From IMG/VR virus record IMGVR_UViG_3300014720_004424: a stretch of 64,000 nucleotides of DNA; one strand, 5' to 3'. The notes under the pieces were generated by a model. That model did no database searches. It saw nothing but the letters and a program-made list of their open reading frames with translations, and was not told where the DNA came from. A program made the translations under genes and the position numbers. Numbering within the stretch: the stretch's first letter is position 1; each line of letters begins with the position of its first letter. Below, in pieces: positions 7,556-16,247 of the stretch. The DNA is from an uncultured virus (IMG/VR IMGVR_UViG_3300014720_004424). Its lineage: Duplodnaviria > Heunggongvirae > Uroviricota > Caudoviricetes.

Positions 7556-9328
7556 ATGACCAGTGATTTTAAGGCATCCCAAGTACAGACACACAAGGTC
7601 ATAGTGACAGGAAGTTTTGCAGGAGGATCTGCAAATCAGCTTCTAATTTATAGCTATGATGCACAGGACACAGGAACGCCAAATCAAGGCGTTATTGATC
7701 CTACAAAGTTCGATACTGCTTTGATAGGATCAGATGTTTTTTTATTTGTCTCAGGCGCAACAGGCAAATCAGGTGTTCCTGGTTCATATGGATCTTCTGT
7801 TTTTGGAGGAGATACTTTTGTCTCTGGATCGATTTATGGTGCTTCAGGTATTTTTACGGGAGACGTTGTAGTCTCAGGAACTCTTTATGCAGAGCGTCAA
7901 GTCATTGAGGTTGATCAACTTGCAACAGGAACACTTCTTGTCTCTGGAAACTTTGTTGTTTCACAGAGTGCAGAGATAAAACAGGGTCTCCATGTTAATT
8001 CATCCAATGAAGCAAATTATGGTCTTATTGTCGGTGGTAATGGAACATTTAATAGCAGAATAACTGGATCACTGTCTCAAGGATTAAGTTGCCATGCGAT
8101 GGGAAATTATTCACACGCAGAGGGCAGTAACACAACTGCCTCAGGCGTCGGCTCACACGCAGAGGGTGTCGAAGGCACAACTGCCTCAGGTGATGGCTCA
8201 CACGCAGAGGGCGGCAGCACAACTGCCTCAGGTGACTTCTCACACGCAGAGGGAGAAGGCACAACTGCATCAGGTCAGTCCTCACACGCAGAGGGCGCAT
8301 CCACAACTACTCCAGGTGATTACTCTCATGCAGAGGGATTGAGCACAATCACATCTGGTTCATCTTCACATGCAGAAGGTGCTTATACAATCACATCTGG
8401 TTCATCTTCACATGCAGAAGGCTATCTTACAATTGCAATAGGTGATTACTCACACGCTGAGGGTGGTGAGTTTGATGGTGTTGGATCTCGTTCATTTGGT
8501 GAGTACTCACATGCAGAAGGAATTCGAACGCTAGCCGCAGGCTCCGGCTCACACGCAGAGGGTTGGCGAACAACTGCCTCAGGTGACTACTCACACGCGG
8601 AAGGTGGTAGCAGACCGGGTGTCGGAGGTGCTCCACCATGGTCTACAGCATCAGGAATTTCCTCACATGCTGAGGGTGGAGGCACGACTGCCTCAGGTGA
8701 ATGCGCTCACGCAGAGGGTGAGGGCACAACTGCCTCAGGTGATGCCTCACACGCAGAGGGTAGATACACAACTGCCGAAGGTGAGTACTCACACGCAGGA
8801 GGCATCTACACCATCGCCTCTGGATCCGGACAGACCGTCTTTGGCAAGTACAACCAGCGCAACAACGACTTCTCTCTCTTCGTAATTGGAGACGGAACTG
8901 GCGACCTAGATGTCGATCGTGGCGACATCATGCGTGTAAATTTAGGTTTGTCTATCGGCACAGGAATTGTAGAAATTACAGGCTCTCTCTCGGTGAGCGG
9001 AACGCAGAGTGTCTTTAGCCAGTATGGCGGCCTGAGCTACTACCCAACTATAGTCACATCCATAGTTCCTGGCTATACTGCATCTCTAACTGACTACATC
9101 ATTGGTGTCAGCGCATCTCTTGGTGACGGCGTCGAGCTTGTTGCATCACAGTTCGGCAAGTCCTTCATCGTAAAGGACGTGAGCGGATCCGCTGCGACAG
9201 ACAATATCTCTGTGACGGCAGCAGGCGGCGCGCTCATCAATGGCTCTTCCACCTACACGATCAATACCAATTTCGGTTCAGCTCAATTCATCTACTTTGG
9301 ATCAAGCAACGGTTGGGGCACGGTCTGA
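7556..9328 (+). CDS. putative tail fibre/adhesin with YadA-head-like (Hep_Hag-type) SHAEG repeats
   Basis: 16 ~14-aa HAEG/HAGG repeats followed by GKYN..LFVIGDG neck-like motif; C-terminal fibre-type domain (IVKDVSGSAATDNISV..INGSSTYTINTNFGS..GW). Confidence 0.75.
   Translation: MTSDFKASQVQTHKVIVTGSFAGGSANQLLIYSYDAQDTGTPNQGVIDPTKFDTALIGSDVFLFVSGATGKSGVPGSYGSSVFGGDTFVSGSIYGASGIFTGDVVVSGTLYAERQVIEVDQLATGTLLVSGNFVVSQSAEIKQGLHVNSSNEANYGLIVGGNGTFNSRITGSLSQGLSCHAMGNYSHAEGSNTTASGVGSHAEGVEGTTASGDGSHAEGGSTTASGDFSHAEGEGTTASGQSSHAEGASTTTPGDYSHAEGLSTITSGSSSHAEGAYTITSGSSSHAEGYLTIAIGDYSHAEGGEFDGVGSRSFGEYSHAEGIRTLAAGSGSHAEGWRTTASGDYSHAEGGSRPGVGGAPPWSTASGISSHAEGGGTTASGECAHAEGEGTTASGDASHAEGRYTTAEGEYSHAGGIYTIASGSGQTVFGKYNQRNNDFSLFVIGDGTGDLDVDRGDIMRVNLGLSIGTGIVEITGSLSVSGTQSVFSQYGGLSYYPTIVTSIVPGYTASLTDYIIGVSASLGDGVELVASQFGKSFIVKDVSGSAATDNISVTAAGGALINGSSTYTINTNFGSAQFIYFGSSNGWGTV
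8111..8824 (+). repeat. coding tandem repeat array, ~42-bp unit, 16 copies
   Basis: recurrent TCACACGCAGAGGG..ACAACTGCCTCAGG; exact 35-bp duplication at 8345-8379 and 8387-8421. Confidence 0.9.
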
Positions 9329-9361
9329 GCCTGACTATAGCACTATAAGCTAACAAAAACT

Positions 9362-9400
9362 AAACTGCCTCCGGATTCTCAAAAGGACCGGAGGCAGTTT
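9362..9400. terminator. bidirectional intrinsic terminator
   Basis: perfect 13-bp inverted repeat AAACTGCCTCCGG / CCGGAGGCAGTTT between convergent genes; A-rich tract on the left side. Confidence 0.8.
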
Positions 9401-9420
9401 GGCTTATTGGTGGTCGTGTG

Positions 9421-10446
9421 TCAGGTAATTGGTCCAATATTGGTGTTGATGAACGACGCGATTCGATTCAGTGCTGCCGCGACCGAGGTTGGTGCCGTGC
9501 CATTCCAGTGTGCTGCGTTAGAAGCTGAGTAGTAGAGAGATCCTGTGACTCCTGCCAAAAATCCTGCCGAACCAGTCACTCCCAGAACTCCGACGACCTG
9601 CAGGCTGTTTCCAACTGAGACGAACTGCGAGACCGTGGCATTTCCATCAGCAGACAGGTTTCCGGATGTGTGTAGATCGCCGCCGAAGACGGCCGTGCCA
9701 GTGACCGCAGTGTTCTTGCTGCCGATGGAGCCGGAGACGTAGAAGAAGACGTCGGTGCCCAGGTCAGCCGGTGAGTCTGCGCCGTTGACGCCTCCTGGGC
9801 CCCTGAAAAGGGCTGATCCTGAGGTGTAGATTGCCTGATTTGTTGTTGAGGTCCAGTACTGTTCACCACCCGTCGAACTGATGGTGACCTGGCCATTGGA
9901 AGCCGAAGTGATCGTCACATTAGTGCCGGCAACGAGGTATGATATTCCGCTGACAAGCTGTGTGAGAGAACCTGATATTCCTCCTGATAATTGTGATGAG
10001 CCTGTTACACCCATGACACCTGCAACCTGTATGTCTTGTCCTATTGTAAGCAAGTCTGTAACTGTCGCATTTCCGTCTGATGAGATGTTTCCTGAGACGT
10101 GCAAGTCACCCCCAAAGACTCCGACTGAGGGTGTTGCGCTGTCTTTGCCACCTATGACTCCAGAGACAAAGAAATATGTGTCCGAGCCAACTGTGCTTGC
10201 TGAGTAGGAAAAACCCTTGGAACCAGCAAATGATACTGTGGCTGTTGTGACAAGCTGCGATGGACTAGGCTCATTAAAAGTTCCACTTGTGGCACCTCCA
10301 CCTCCCCCTATGACTGCACCTATTGATGTGAGAGTAGCTTTTCCAGTGACAGGTGCGCCGGCGCCCGTGGTGGGCCTATCTAAAACCACAAGATCAGTGC
10401 CAAGGGGTGTGAGCGTGGAGAGGTCTGATATTTTTACGCCTGCCAT
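9421..10446 (-). CDS. putative fibre/virion decoration protein with internal duplicated module
   Basis: G/S/T/V-rich; two copies of G[ST]D.[YF]F[FY]VSG..G.K......[GA]VFGGDLH.SGN.S.DGNATV; GGAG RBS. Confidence 0.65.
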   Translation of the reverse strand: MAGVKISDLSTLTPLGTDLVVLDRPTTGAGAPVTGKATLTSIGAVIGGGGGATSGTFNEPSPSQLVTTATVSFAGSKGFSYSASTVGSDTYFFVSGVIGGKDSATPSVGVFGGDLHVSGNISSDGNATVTDLLTIGQDIQVAGVMGVTGSSQLSGGISGSLTQLVSGISYLVAGTNVTITSASNGQVTISSTGGEQYWTSTTNQAIYTSGSALFRGPGGVNGADSPADLGTDVFFYVSGSIGSKNTAVTGTAVFGGDLHTSGNLSADGNATVSQFVSVGNSLQVVGVLGVTGSAGFLAGVTGSLYYSASNAAHWNGTAPTSVAAALNRIASFINTNIGPIT

Positions 10447-10461
10447 GTCTTTCTCCGTCTA

Positions 10462-10806
10462 CTAAGAGATTTGTATCTGTATCTGATTGTTGTTCTGCGT
10501 CAGGATTTCTATCAAATCCTGCCCGACAATATTTGGAGTATTCATGTCACCCATCGTCGATGAGATTGCTCGATAGTGAACTTTTATATTTGGAGCACTT
10601 GTAACTATCTTTCCAGTCCATGTCGTGCCTATCACTGAGAGATCTGTAAGATTTGTGTTTGCGTTTCCTGTTGTGTCAAATGTTGAGAGAGTGACACATG
10701 GAGTCTCATTTTGCTTAAAGCAAGTGAATTGGACAATTGCCTCCCCATTGATATCAGTGGTTGTAGTTCCTGTCTCAAATACGAAGTCTATGGGGCTTGT
10801 CGGCAT
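10462..10806 (-). CDS. small beta-rich protein, distant paralog of 12227-12556 (lectin-like fibre accessory)
   Basis: F...P.VTLS...N.N.....TSAP..KV.Y.A pattern shared with the two upstream genes; GAGGAG RBS. Confidence 0.55.
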   Translation of the reverse strand: MPTSPIDFVFETGTTTTDINGEAIVQFTCFKQNETPCVTLSTFDTTGNANTNLTDLSVIGTTWTGKIVTSAPNIKVHYRAISSTMGDMNTPNIVGQDLIEILTQNNNQIQIQIS

Positions 10807-10829
10807 TTAATTATTGTCTCCTCTTACAT

Positions 10830-12182
10830 TCACGGACTGTCTCCAATAATTGTCCAACCTTTTGTTGTCACAAGGAAGTCTCTTGCACCTGCAGGACCTC
10901 CAGCATCAATGCCTGCTGCGCTTGTGTAAGGTGATCCTGCAAAAACTTGATTGTTGTATACCATACCTGCAGCTCCAAGACTTCTATTTATAGGATTGCC
11001 CGACGTGTAGGCTTCATTTGCCCATCCTACAAGTGTTTGTGAATAGTTGTTTGCTGATATTCCGGAGTTGCTTAGCATGAAATCCATGCTTACAGTATTA
11101 TTAAGGATCCAAGAACTTAACTCTTGATCGAATGAACCGTTGAAATAAAATAGACCGTCCATGTCTGTGACACTGCTAACATTCCATGAGTTTAGGGGCT
11201 GATTAAATGTCATAAATGTTTGAGTTGCAGAAAACATTTCATTCATGCTTGTAACACTGCTCACATTCCAAGCATTTAGTGGCTGATTAAATGTGGACGC
11301 ATCTTGAAAAAGATTTGACATGTCTGTGATGTTACTTGTATTCCACCCACTGATATCAGTGTTAAATGATGTGCACGCAAAGAATAAATGACTTAATGAG
11401 CTGCACGCTGATAGATTTGGTACATCAGAAAATGTTCCGATCATGTTTTCACATACAGAAAATGCACCTTCCATCGAAGTCCACACGGCTGATCCCCAGC
11501 TTCTTATCTCCAATAATTTGATACAATCACCGTCTATTGAAAGCGCACCCAAGTCATATGTCTGAACTGCAATGCCATTTCCTGCGTCTGTCCAATTTGA
11601 CACAGTTATTTCATACTGTCCGGGAGATGCGTAAGTGTGAAGTATTCCGGTGCCTGGAGAGCCCGTAACTCCCGTCTGAAAATTTCCATCTCCCCAGTCT
11701 ATGTCAAATGTCCCTATTCCCATAAATCTATATTCATTTATAGCGCTTGTTGGATTTAAGGGAATTCCGTAAATTGGAGTCTGAATAGAAGTATCGACAT
11801 ATATCACAAAGGGCGCTGATGCGGCAGGAGAAACTGTCATAGGGCCACATCCGTCTATATACATTGCTTGTACTGCTATTTTTCCTGTGACAGGAACTGA
11901 TGTTTTTATGACAACGCTTGTTGTTGATACACTCAAAATATAGACATTGACATTTCCATAATTGCCAAATGAAATAAAGTTTGCAACAACGTTGGGCTCA
12001 CCTGTGAAAGGTGAGTCAAATAAGACAGTCACAGTGTCTGTGAGCACTGGAACATCTACAATAATATTTTCTATTTCAGGCGTGGTATTTGAGACATATG
12101 TGAACTTTGGGATCTGACGAACTAGAGAGTACTTTTTTCTGTACTTGCTTAAATTTAGAAGTCTTGTTCTATTGCAGCCCAA
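10830..12182 (-). CDS. surface/virion protein: lectin-like N-domain + PKD-like domain + DUF285 (BspA-type) repeats
   Basis: FDIDWGDG..HTYASPGQYEITV (PKD); four FNQPLN.WNVSSVT.M..[LM]F-type repeats; TTG start with GGGAG RBS. Confidence 0.8.
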   Translation of the reverse strand: MGCNRTRLLNLSKYRKKYSLVRQIPKFTYVSNTTPEIENIIVDVPVLTDTVTVLFDSPFTGEPNVVANFISFGNYGNVNVYILSVSTTSVVIKTSVPVTGKIAVQAMYIDGCGPMTVSPAASAPFVIYVDTSIQTPIYGIPLNPTSAINEYRFMGIGTFDIDWGDGNFQTGVTGSPGTGILHTYASPGQYEITVSNWTDAGNGIAVQTYDLGALSIDGDCIKLLEIRSWGSAVWTSMEGAFSVCENMIGTFSDVPNLSACSSLSHLFFACTSFNTDISGWNTSNITDMSNLFQDASTFNQPLNAWNVSSVTSMNEMFSATQTFMTFNQPLNSWNVSSVTDMDGLFYFNGSFDQELSSWILNNTVSMDFMLSNSGISANNYSQTLVGWANEAYTSGNPINRSLGAAGMVYNNQVFAGSPYTSAAGIDAGGPAGARDFLVTTKGWTIIGDSP

Positions 12183-12204
12183 CGTCTATGTCTCCCTAAG
12201 TTAT

Positions 12205-12211
12205 TAAGTAT
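12205..12211 (-). promoter_or_regulatory. putative late promoter motif ATACTTA (minus strand)
   Basis: intergenic, about 22 nt upstream of start 12182. Confidence 0.55.
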
Positions 12212-12226
12212 TGAAAGAAATAGAGG

Positions 12227-12556
12227 CTATTCGGTATACATTGCTTGTACTGCCACTTTTGCCGTGATAGGAGCGCTTGATCTCAATACACCACCTGTTT
12301 TAGACACCGATTCTGTGTAAACATTGACATTTCCGATGTCGTCTGTTACTGTTACAAGTCCAAGTATTACATTAGGAACGCCTGAAAAGGGTTCTAAGAA
12401 AACAAACGATGCAGTGTCAGAATTTACAAGATCTACAGTGAGATAACTTATTTCTAGCGGTTTGTCGCCTGTCAAACTATTATTGTACTTGTATCTAGTA
12501 AGCGGGTACTCAATTTGATAACGACTCAAGTCCTTTTCAATAAACTTAAAGCACAT
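12227..12556 (-). CDS. small protein paralogous to N-domain of 10830-12182
   Basis: PFSGVPNV..GNVNVY..SVS.T....S.P.T.K.AVQAMY shared almost residue for residue; AGGAG RBS. Confidence 0.7.
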   Translation of the reverse strand: MCFKFIEKDLSRYQIEYPLTRYKYNNSLTGDKPLEISYLTVDLVNSDTASFVFLEPFSGVPNVILGLVTVTDDIGNVNVYTESVSKTGGVLRSSAPITAKVAVQAMYTE

Positions 12557-12574
12557 TACTAGTCTCCTAGAAAC

Positions 12575-12581
12575 TAAATAT
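12575..12581 (-). promoter_or_regulatory. putative late promoter motif ATATTTA (minus strand)
   Basis: about 18 nt upstream of ATG 12556. Confidence 0.55.
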
Positions 12582-12666
12582 TCTAGGATCTAAGAGATCT
12601 GTGTTCGAGTCAGTCTTAATAAGATGATAGAGGCTCTAGAAAAAATGTACACTCACTTCTGGATGC

Positions 12667-12682
12667 ATATAGAATTCTATAT
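12667..12682. promoter_or_regulatory. perfect 16-bp palindrome ATATAGAATTCTATAT, possible operator over -10 boxes of glycan operon
   Basis: overlaps TAGAAT (12670-12675) and TATAAT (12680-12685) just upstream of ATG 12698. Confidence 0.45.
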
Positions 12683-12697
12683 AATTCTAGGAGACTC

Positions 12698-14629
12698 ATG
12701 TTCAAAAGCCCATTCTCAGACTTCAAAAAGACACTGTCATTAGACTCAAGTGCTGAAATTATTTTTGTGTCAGACCTCTTTGTTGAAGATTATACAGGCG
12801 GAGCAGAGCTGACATCTCAGTCGCTTATAGATTCCTGCCCTCTAAAGATTCAAAAGATTAGATCGAGAGACGTGACTGTAGAAATTCTCGAGCAATTACA
12901 TAAAAAGTTCTGGATTTTTGGAAATTTTAGTCAAATTAACCTTGATCTCATTCCGACAATTATCACGAACTTAAACTATAGTGTACTTGAGTACGACTAC
13001 AAGTATTGCAAGTATCGCTCTCCCCAAAAGCATGAGCACGCTGAGAATTCTCCATGTGACTGCCACACTCAGATGCACGGCAAGCTTATCTCTGCTTTCT
13101 ACTACGGAGCTAAACACCTTTGGTGGATGTCAGAGCAGCAGATGGAGCACTACCACAAGCTGTTTCCATTTTTGTGTGATCGGCCCAACACAGTCCTCAG
13201 TTCAGTCTTCGATGATCGTTTCTTTATTGCATTAAAGCTTCTCAGAAGCAGATGGGGCGGCGAGGAAAATATCAAGAACAGGAAGAAGTGGATAGTTCTT
13301 GGATCTGATTCTTGGGTAAAGGGATATAACGCAGCCATAGAGCACTGCAAGGCACATATGATCGAATACGATGTGGTGTGGAACCTCCCGTATGATCAAC
13401 TTTTGGAGAAGCTTGCACAATCAGAAGGACTTGTTTACCTCCCAGCGGGTTGGGACACCTGTCCCCGACTGGTGATCGAGGCGAAGCTGCTAGGCTGCAA
13501 GCTGGTCCTCAATGAAAATGTCCAACACAGAGACGAGGAGTGGTTCAACACCGACAACACGCTGCACATCGAGGAGTACCTCTACGCAGCGCGCGATCTC
13601 TTCTGGAGCGGCATCAAGGCAGCCATGGACTTCAAGCCAACCATCAGCGGTTACACTACGACAAAAGACTGCAATAAAGCAAAGTATCCGTGGAAAGAGT
13701 CAATCAGCTCCATGCTCGCTTTCTGTGACGAGGTGGTCGTGGTGGACGGAGGCTCCACCGATGGAACTCTAGAGGAGCTTAAGAAGTGGTCCGAGTCTGA
13801 CTCAAGGCTCAAAGTGCACCTTGTAGATCGTGACTGGAAACATCCTCGTTTTGCTGTTTTTGACGGCGCGCAGAAGGCAGAAGCACGACGACGCTGCACA
13901 AGCCAGTTTCTCTGGCAGATGGACGCTGATGAGGTGGTGCCGCCAGGTGACGGAGAGAAGATCGTTCATCTTTGCAAGAGCTTCCCAAAAGAAGTTGATC
14001 TTGTGTCACTTCCTGTCACAGAATTTTGGGGAAGTCACAATAAGGTCCGTGTGGATGTGAATCCGTGGAAGTGGAGACTATCTAGAAACCTCCCACACAT
14101 AACACATGGCATACCAGGCCCACTCAGAAAGAGTGACGCTGAGGGTCATCTGTATGCCTCTGTTGGAACTGATGGGTGTGACTATGTTCACGCTGAGACA
14201 GGCATGGTGGTGCCACACGCCTCCTTCTACACAGAGGAGGTTCATAGAGCACGATTGGCAGCACTTTCAGGAAACAATCAGGCACTGTCAGCATACTCTG
14301 ATTGGTTCAAACGTGTGACCGAGTCACTTCCTGGTGTCCTTCACTACTCCTGGTACGACATCCCTCGAAAGATCAGAACTTATCGGGACTACTGGTCAAA
14401 GCACTGGCAGAGCCTTTACGACATCAAGCAGGAGGACACTTCTGAGAACAATATGTTCTTTGACAAGCCCTGGTCTGAGGTCACTGAGGAGGAGATCGAG
14501 GAGCTTGGAAGGCGTCTTGCATCTGAGCTTGGAGGACATGTGTTCCACAGCAAAGTTGACTTTTCAAGGCCCTCACCCCACATAAGCTTAGATTTTGATC
14601 ATCCCAATTTTACTGGGAACGTCTCATGA
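12698..14629 (+). CDS. two-domain glycosyltransferase (GT-B/GT4-like N-half + GT2 C-half)
   Basis: DTCPRLVIEAKLLGC (GT4-type C-terminal motif); ISGYTTT..DEVVVVDGGSTDGT..QMDADE (GT2). Confidence 0.85.
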   Translation: MFKSPFSDFKKTLSLDSSAEIIFVSDLFVEDYTGGAELTSQSLIDSCPLKIQKIRSRDVTVEILEQLHKKFWIFGNFSQINLDLIPTIITNLNYSVLEYDYKYCKYRSPQKHEHAENSPCDCHTQMHGKLISAFYYGAKHLWWMSEQQMEHYHKLFPFLCDRPNTVLSSVFDDRFFIALKLLRSRWGGEENIKNRKKWIVLGSDSWVKGYNAAIEHCKAHMIEYDVVWNLPYDQLLEKLAQSEGLVYLPAGWDTCPRLVIEAKLLGCKLVLNENVQHRDEEWFNTDNTLHIEEYLYAARDLFWSGIKAAMDFKPTISGYTTTKDCNKAKYPWKESISSMLAFCDEVVVVDGGSTDGTLEELKKWSESDSRLKVHLVDRDWKHPRFAVFDGAQKAEARRRCTSQFLWQMDADEVVPPGDGEKIVHLCKSFPKEVDLVSLPVTEFWGSHNKVRVDVNPWKWRLSRNLPHITHGIPGPLRKSDAEGHLYASVGTDGCDYVHAETGMVVPHASFYTEEVHRARLAALSGNNQALSAYSDWFKRVTESLPGVLHYSWYDIPRKIRTYRDYWSKHWQSLYDIKQEDTSENNMFFDKPWSEVTEEEIEELGRRLASELGGHVFHSKVDFSRPSPHISLDFDHPNFTGNVS

Positions 14630-15360
14630 AAAATAAGTTTGTCTTTGTCACACCGGCATATCAGTGTCAGGACAAAATTGTGCAAACTATTAAGTCTGTA
14701 TACTCTCAGTCATATGGAGAATGGAGAATGGTAGTTTATGACGACATGTCCACAGATCAGACGAGCCAGGTGGTCGAGGACATGTCAAAGCATCTTCGTC
14801 TTGGAGATCGATTAAGCGTCATTAAGCGGTCTGAAAAACACGGTGAAGTGAGAAATACACTCGATGCTGTTAAGTCCATAGATGACACAGAGATTGTCTG
14901 CAGGCTAGATGCAGGAGACTGGCTCACGGACAATGACAGTCTTCACATCTTAAACGAGATATACAATCAGACAGATGCTTCAGTTCTTTGGACTGCACAC
15001 AGGTGGGCATACACAGGAAAGAATATCTCAGGGCCTATTTCACCTGACTGTAAAAATGTCTACAGTCACCCATGGGTTAGCAGTCACTTAAAGACATTTC
15101 GCAGGTCTTCGATGCGGGGCATTGATATGCGAAACTACTTTGATGAGGATGGAAACTACATTATGATTGCCTGTGATCAGGCTATTTTTCTTCCTATGCT
15201 TCAGAAGTCTATTGAAGAAGGTAGGTCTCTTGTATTTGTGCCTCTTGTGATGTATCATTATGATATAGACTTACAAAATCCTAATCTCTTTACAAATCAA
15301 AGATCGATCAAACAAAAGGCATCTGCTGAGTGGATCAGAGAGCGAGGATACATTCGTTGA
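14626..15360 (+). CDS. glycosyltransferase family 2
   Basis: VTPAYQ..SVYSQ..YDDMSTDQT..RLDAGDWL. Confidence 0.88.
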   Translation: MKNKFVFVTPAYQCQDKIVQTIKSVYSQSYGEWRMVVYDDMSTDQTSQVVEDMSKHLRLGDRLSVIKRSEKHGEVRNTLDAVKSIDDTEIVCRLDAGDWLTDNDSLHILNEIYNQTDASVLWTAHRWAYTGKNISGPISPDCKNVYSHPWVSSHLKTFRRSSMRGIDMRNYFDEDGNYIMIACDQAIFLPMLQKSIEEGRSLVFVPLVMYHYDIDLQNPNLFTNQRSIKQKASAEWIRERGYIR

Positions 15361-16247
15361 AAATACACTTTGAGAACGTTGACTTTAGCTCAAGGTCTGG
15401 TCCGAATGGATTTGGCCTTAAGCTTGCTAGACAATTAGATCGTATGGGAAATCAGATAGTTCAGTCTGATCAAGATGTGAGACTCACATTTATTCAGGGA
15501 TCAAATAGCTTCAGACCCAATGTGCTTAGGCTGGATGGAATTTATTTTAATTCAGCACAAGACTGGGCTGCAATGAATGAACCCATAAAGAAAAGTTATG
15601 ATCACTGCAATGCTATCATTGTTCAGAGTGAGTTCAATAGAATTCTTACACAAAAGTACTTTGGTCCTAAAGAGAAAATGCATGTCATTCACAACGGAAC
15701 TGACACTGAGCTTATTAAAAGTGTGCCTCCCGCATTTCTAGGCGACGGTGTCACTAGAGACAGGGTCTGGATGTGTGCTTCTGCCTGGAGGCCGCACAAG
15801 CGTCTGAGCGACAATATATCTTTATTTCTAGAACACGCAAGACACGATGATATTCTTCTTGTTGCAGGATCAGGCGCAAGCTCAACTATCAAGGACGACA
15901 GGGTAAAATTTGTTGGTGACTTATCATGGAATCAATTAATATCTTGCATGAAGTCTTCATCAAAGTTCCTTCACCTTGCTTGGCTTGATCACTGCCCTAA
16001 TGTCGTAGTTGATGCTAATGCCTGTGGGTGTCAAGTAATATGCTCTTCTGCAGGAGGAACAAGAGAAGTTGCAGGGGTCGATTCTTTAATTGTGAATGAA
16101 GATGAATGGGACTTTTCTCCCACACAATTGTATAATCCTCCTCGCATTGAGTCTTATGAACTCTCAAAAAACTTATTCAGTGTAGAAAGTGTGTCTATAG
16201 TTGATACTGCTTTAAAGTATTCACACATTTTGGAGAGTGTTCTATGA
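15357..16247 (+). CDS. glycosyltransferase family 4 (GT-B)
   Basis: VIHNGTD, WRPHKRL, DHCPNVVVDANACGC..GGTRE; TTG start overlapping upstream TGA. Confidence 0.85.
   Translation: MKIHFENVDFSSRSGPNGFGLKLARQLDRMGNQIVQSDQDVRLTFIQGSNSFRPNVLRLDGIYFNSAQDWAAMNEPIKKSYDHCNAIIVQSEFNRILTQKYFGPKEKMHVIHNGTDTELIKSVPPAFLGDGVTRDRVWMCASAWRPHKRLSDNISLFLEHARHDDILLVAGSGASSTIKDDRVKFVGDLSWNQLISCMKSSSKFLHLAWLDHCPNVVVDANACGCQVICSSAGGTREVAGVDSLIVNEDEWDFSPTQLYNPPRIESYELSKNLFSVESVSIVDTALKYSHILESVL

Larger units (their letters stand above)
12561..12696. repeat. 12-bp inverted repeat pair bounding the divergent promoter region
   Basis: AGTCTCCTAGAA (12561-12572) and TTCTAGGAGACT (12685-12696); each contains the RBS of one divergent gene. 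Confidence 0.75.

Noticed and set aside
8111..8824. Regular DNA repeats resembling a CRISPR array
   Set aside because: Period is mostly 42 bp and in frame, variable parts are only a few nt, and the array encodes protein repeats
9660..10189. Duplicated segment as a diversity-generating retroelement TR/VR pair
   Set aside because: Differences are not adenine-specific, both copies are coding, and no reverse transcriptase is visible
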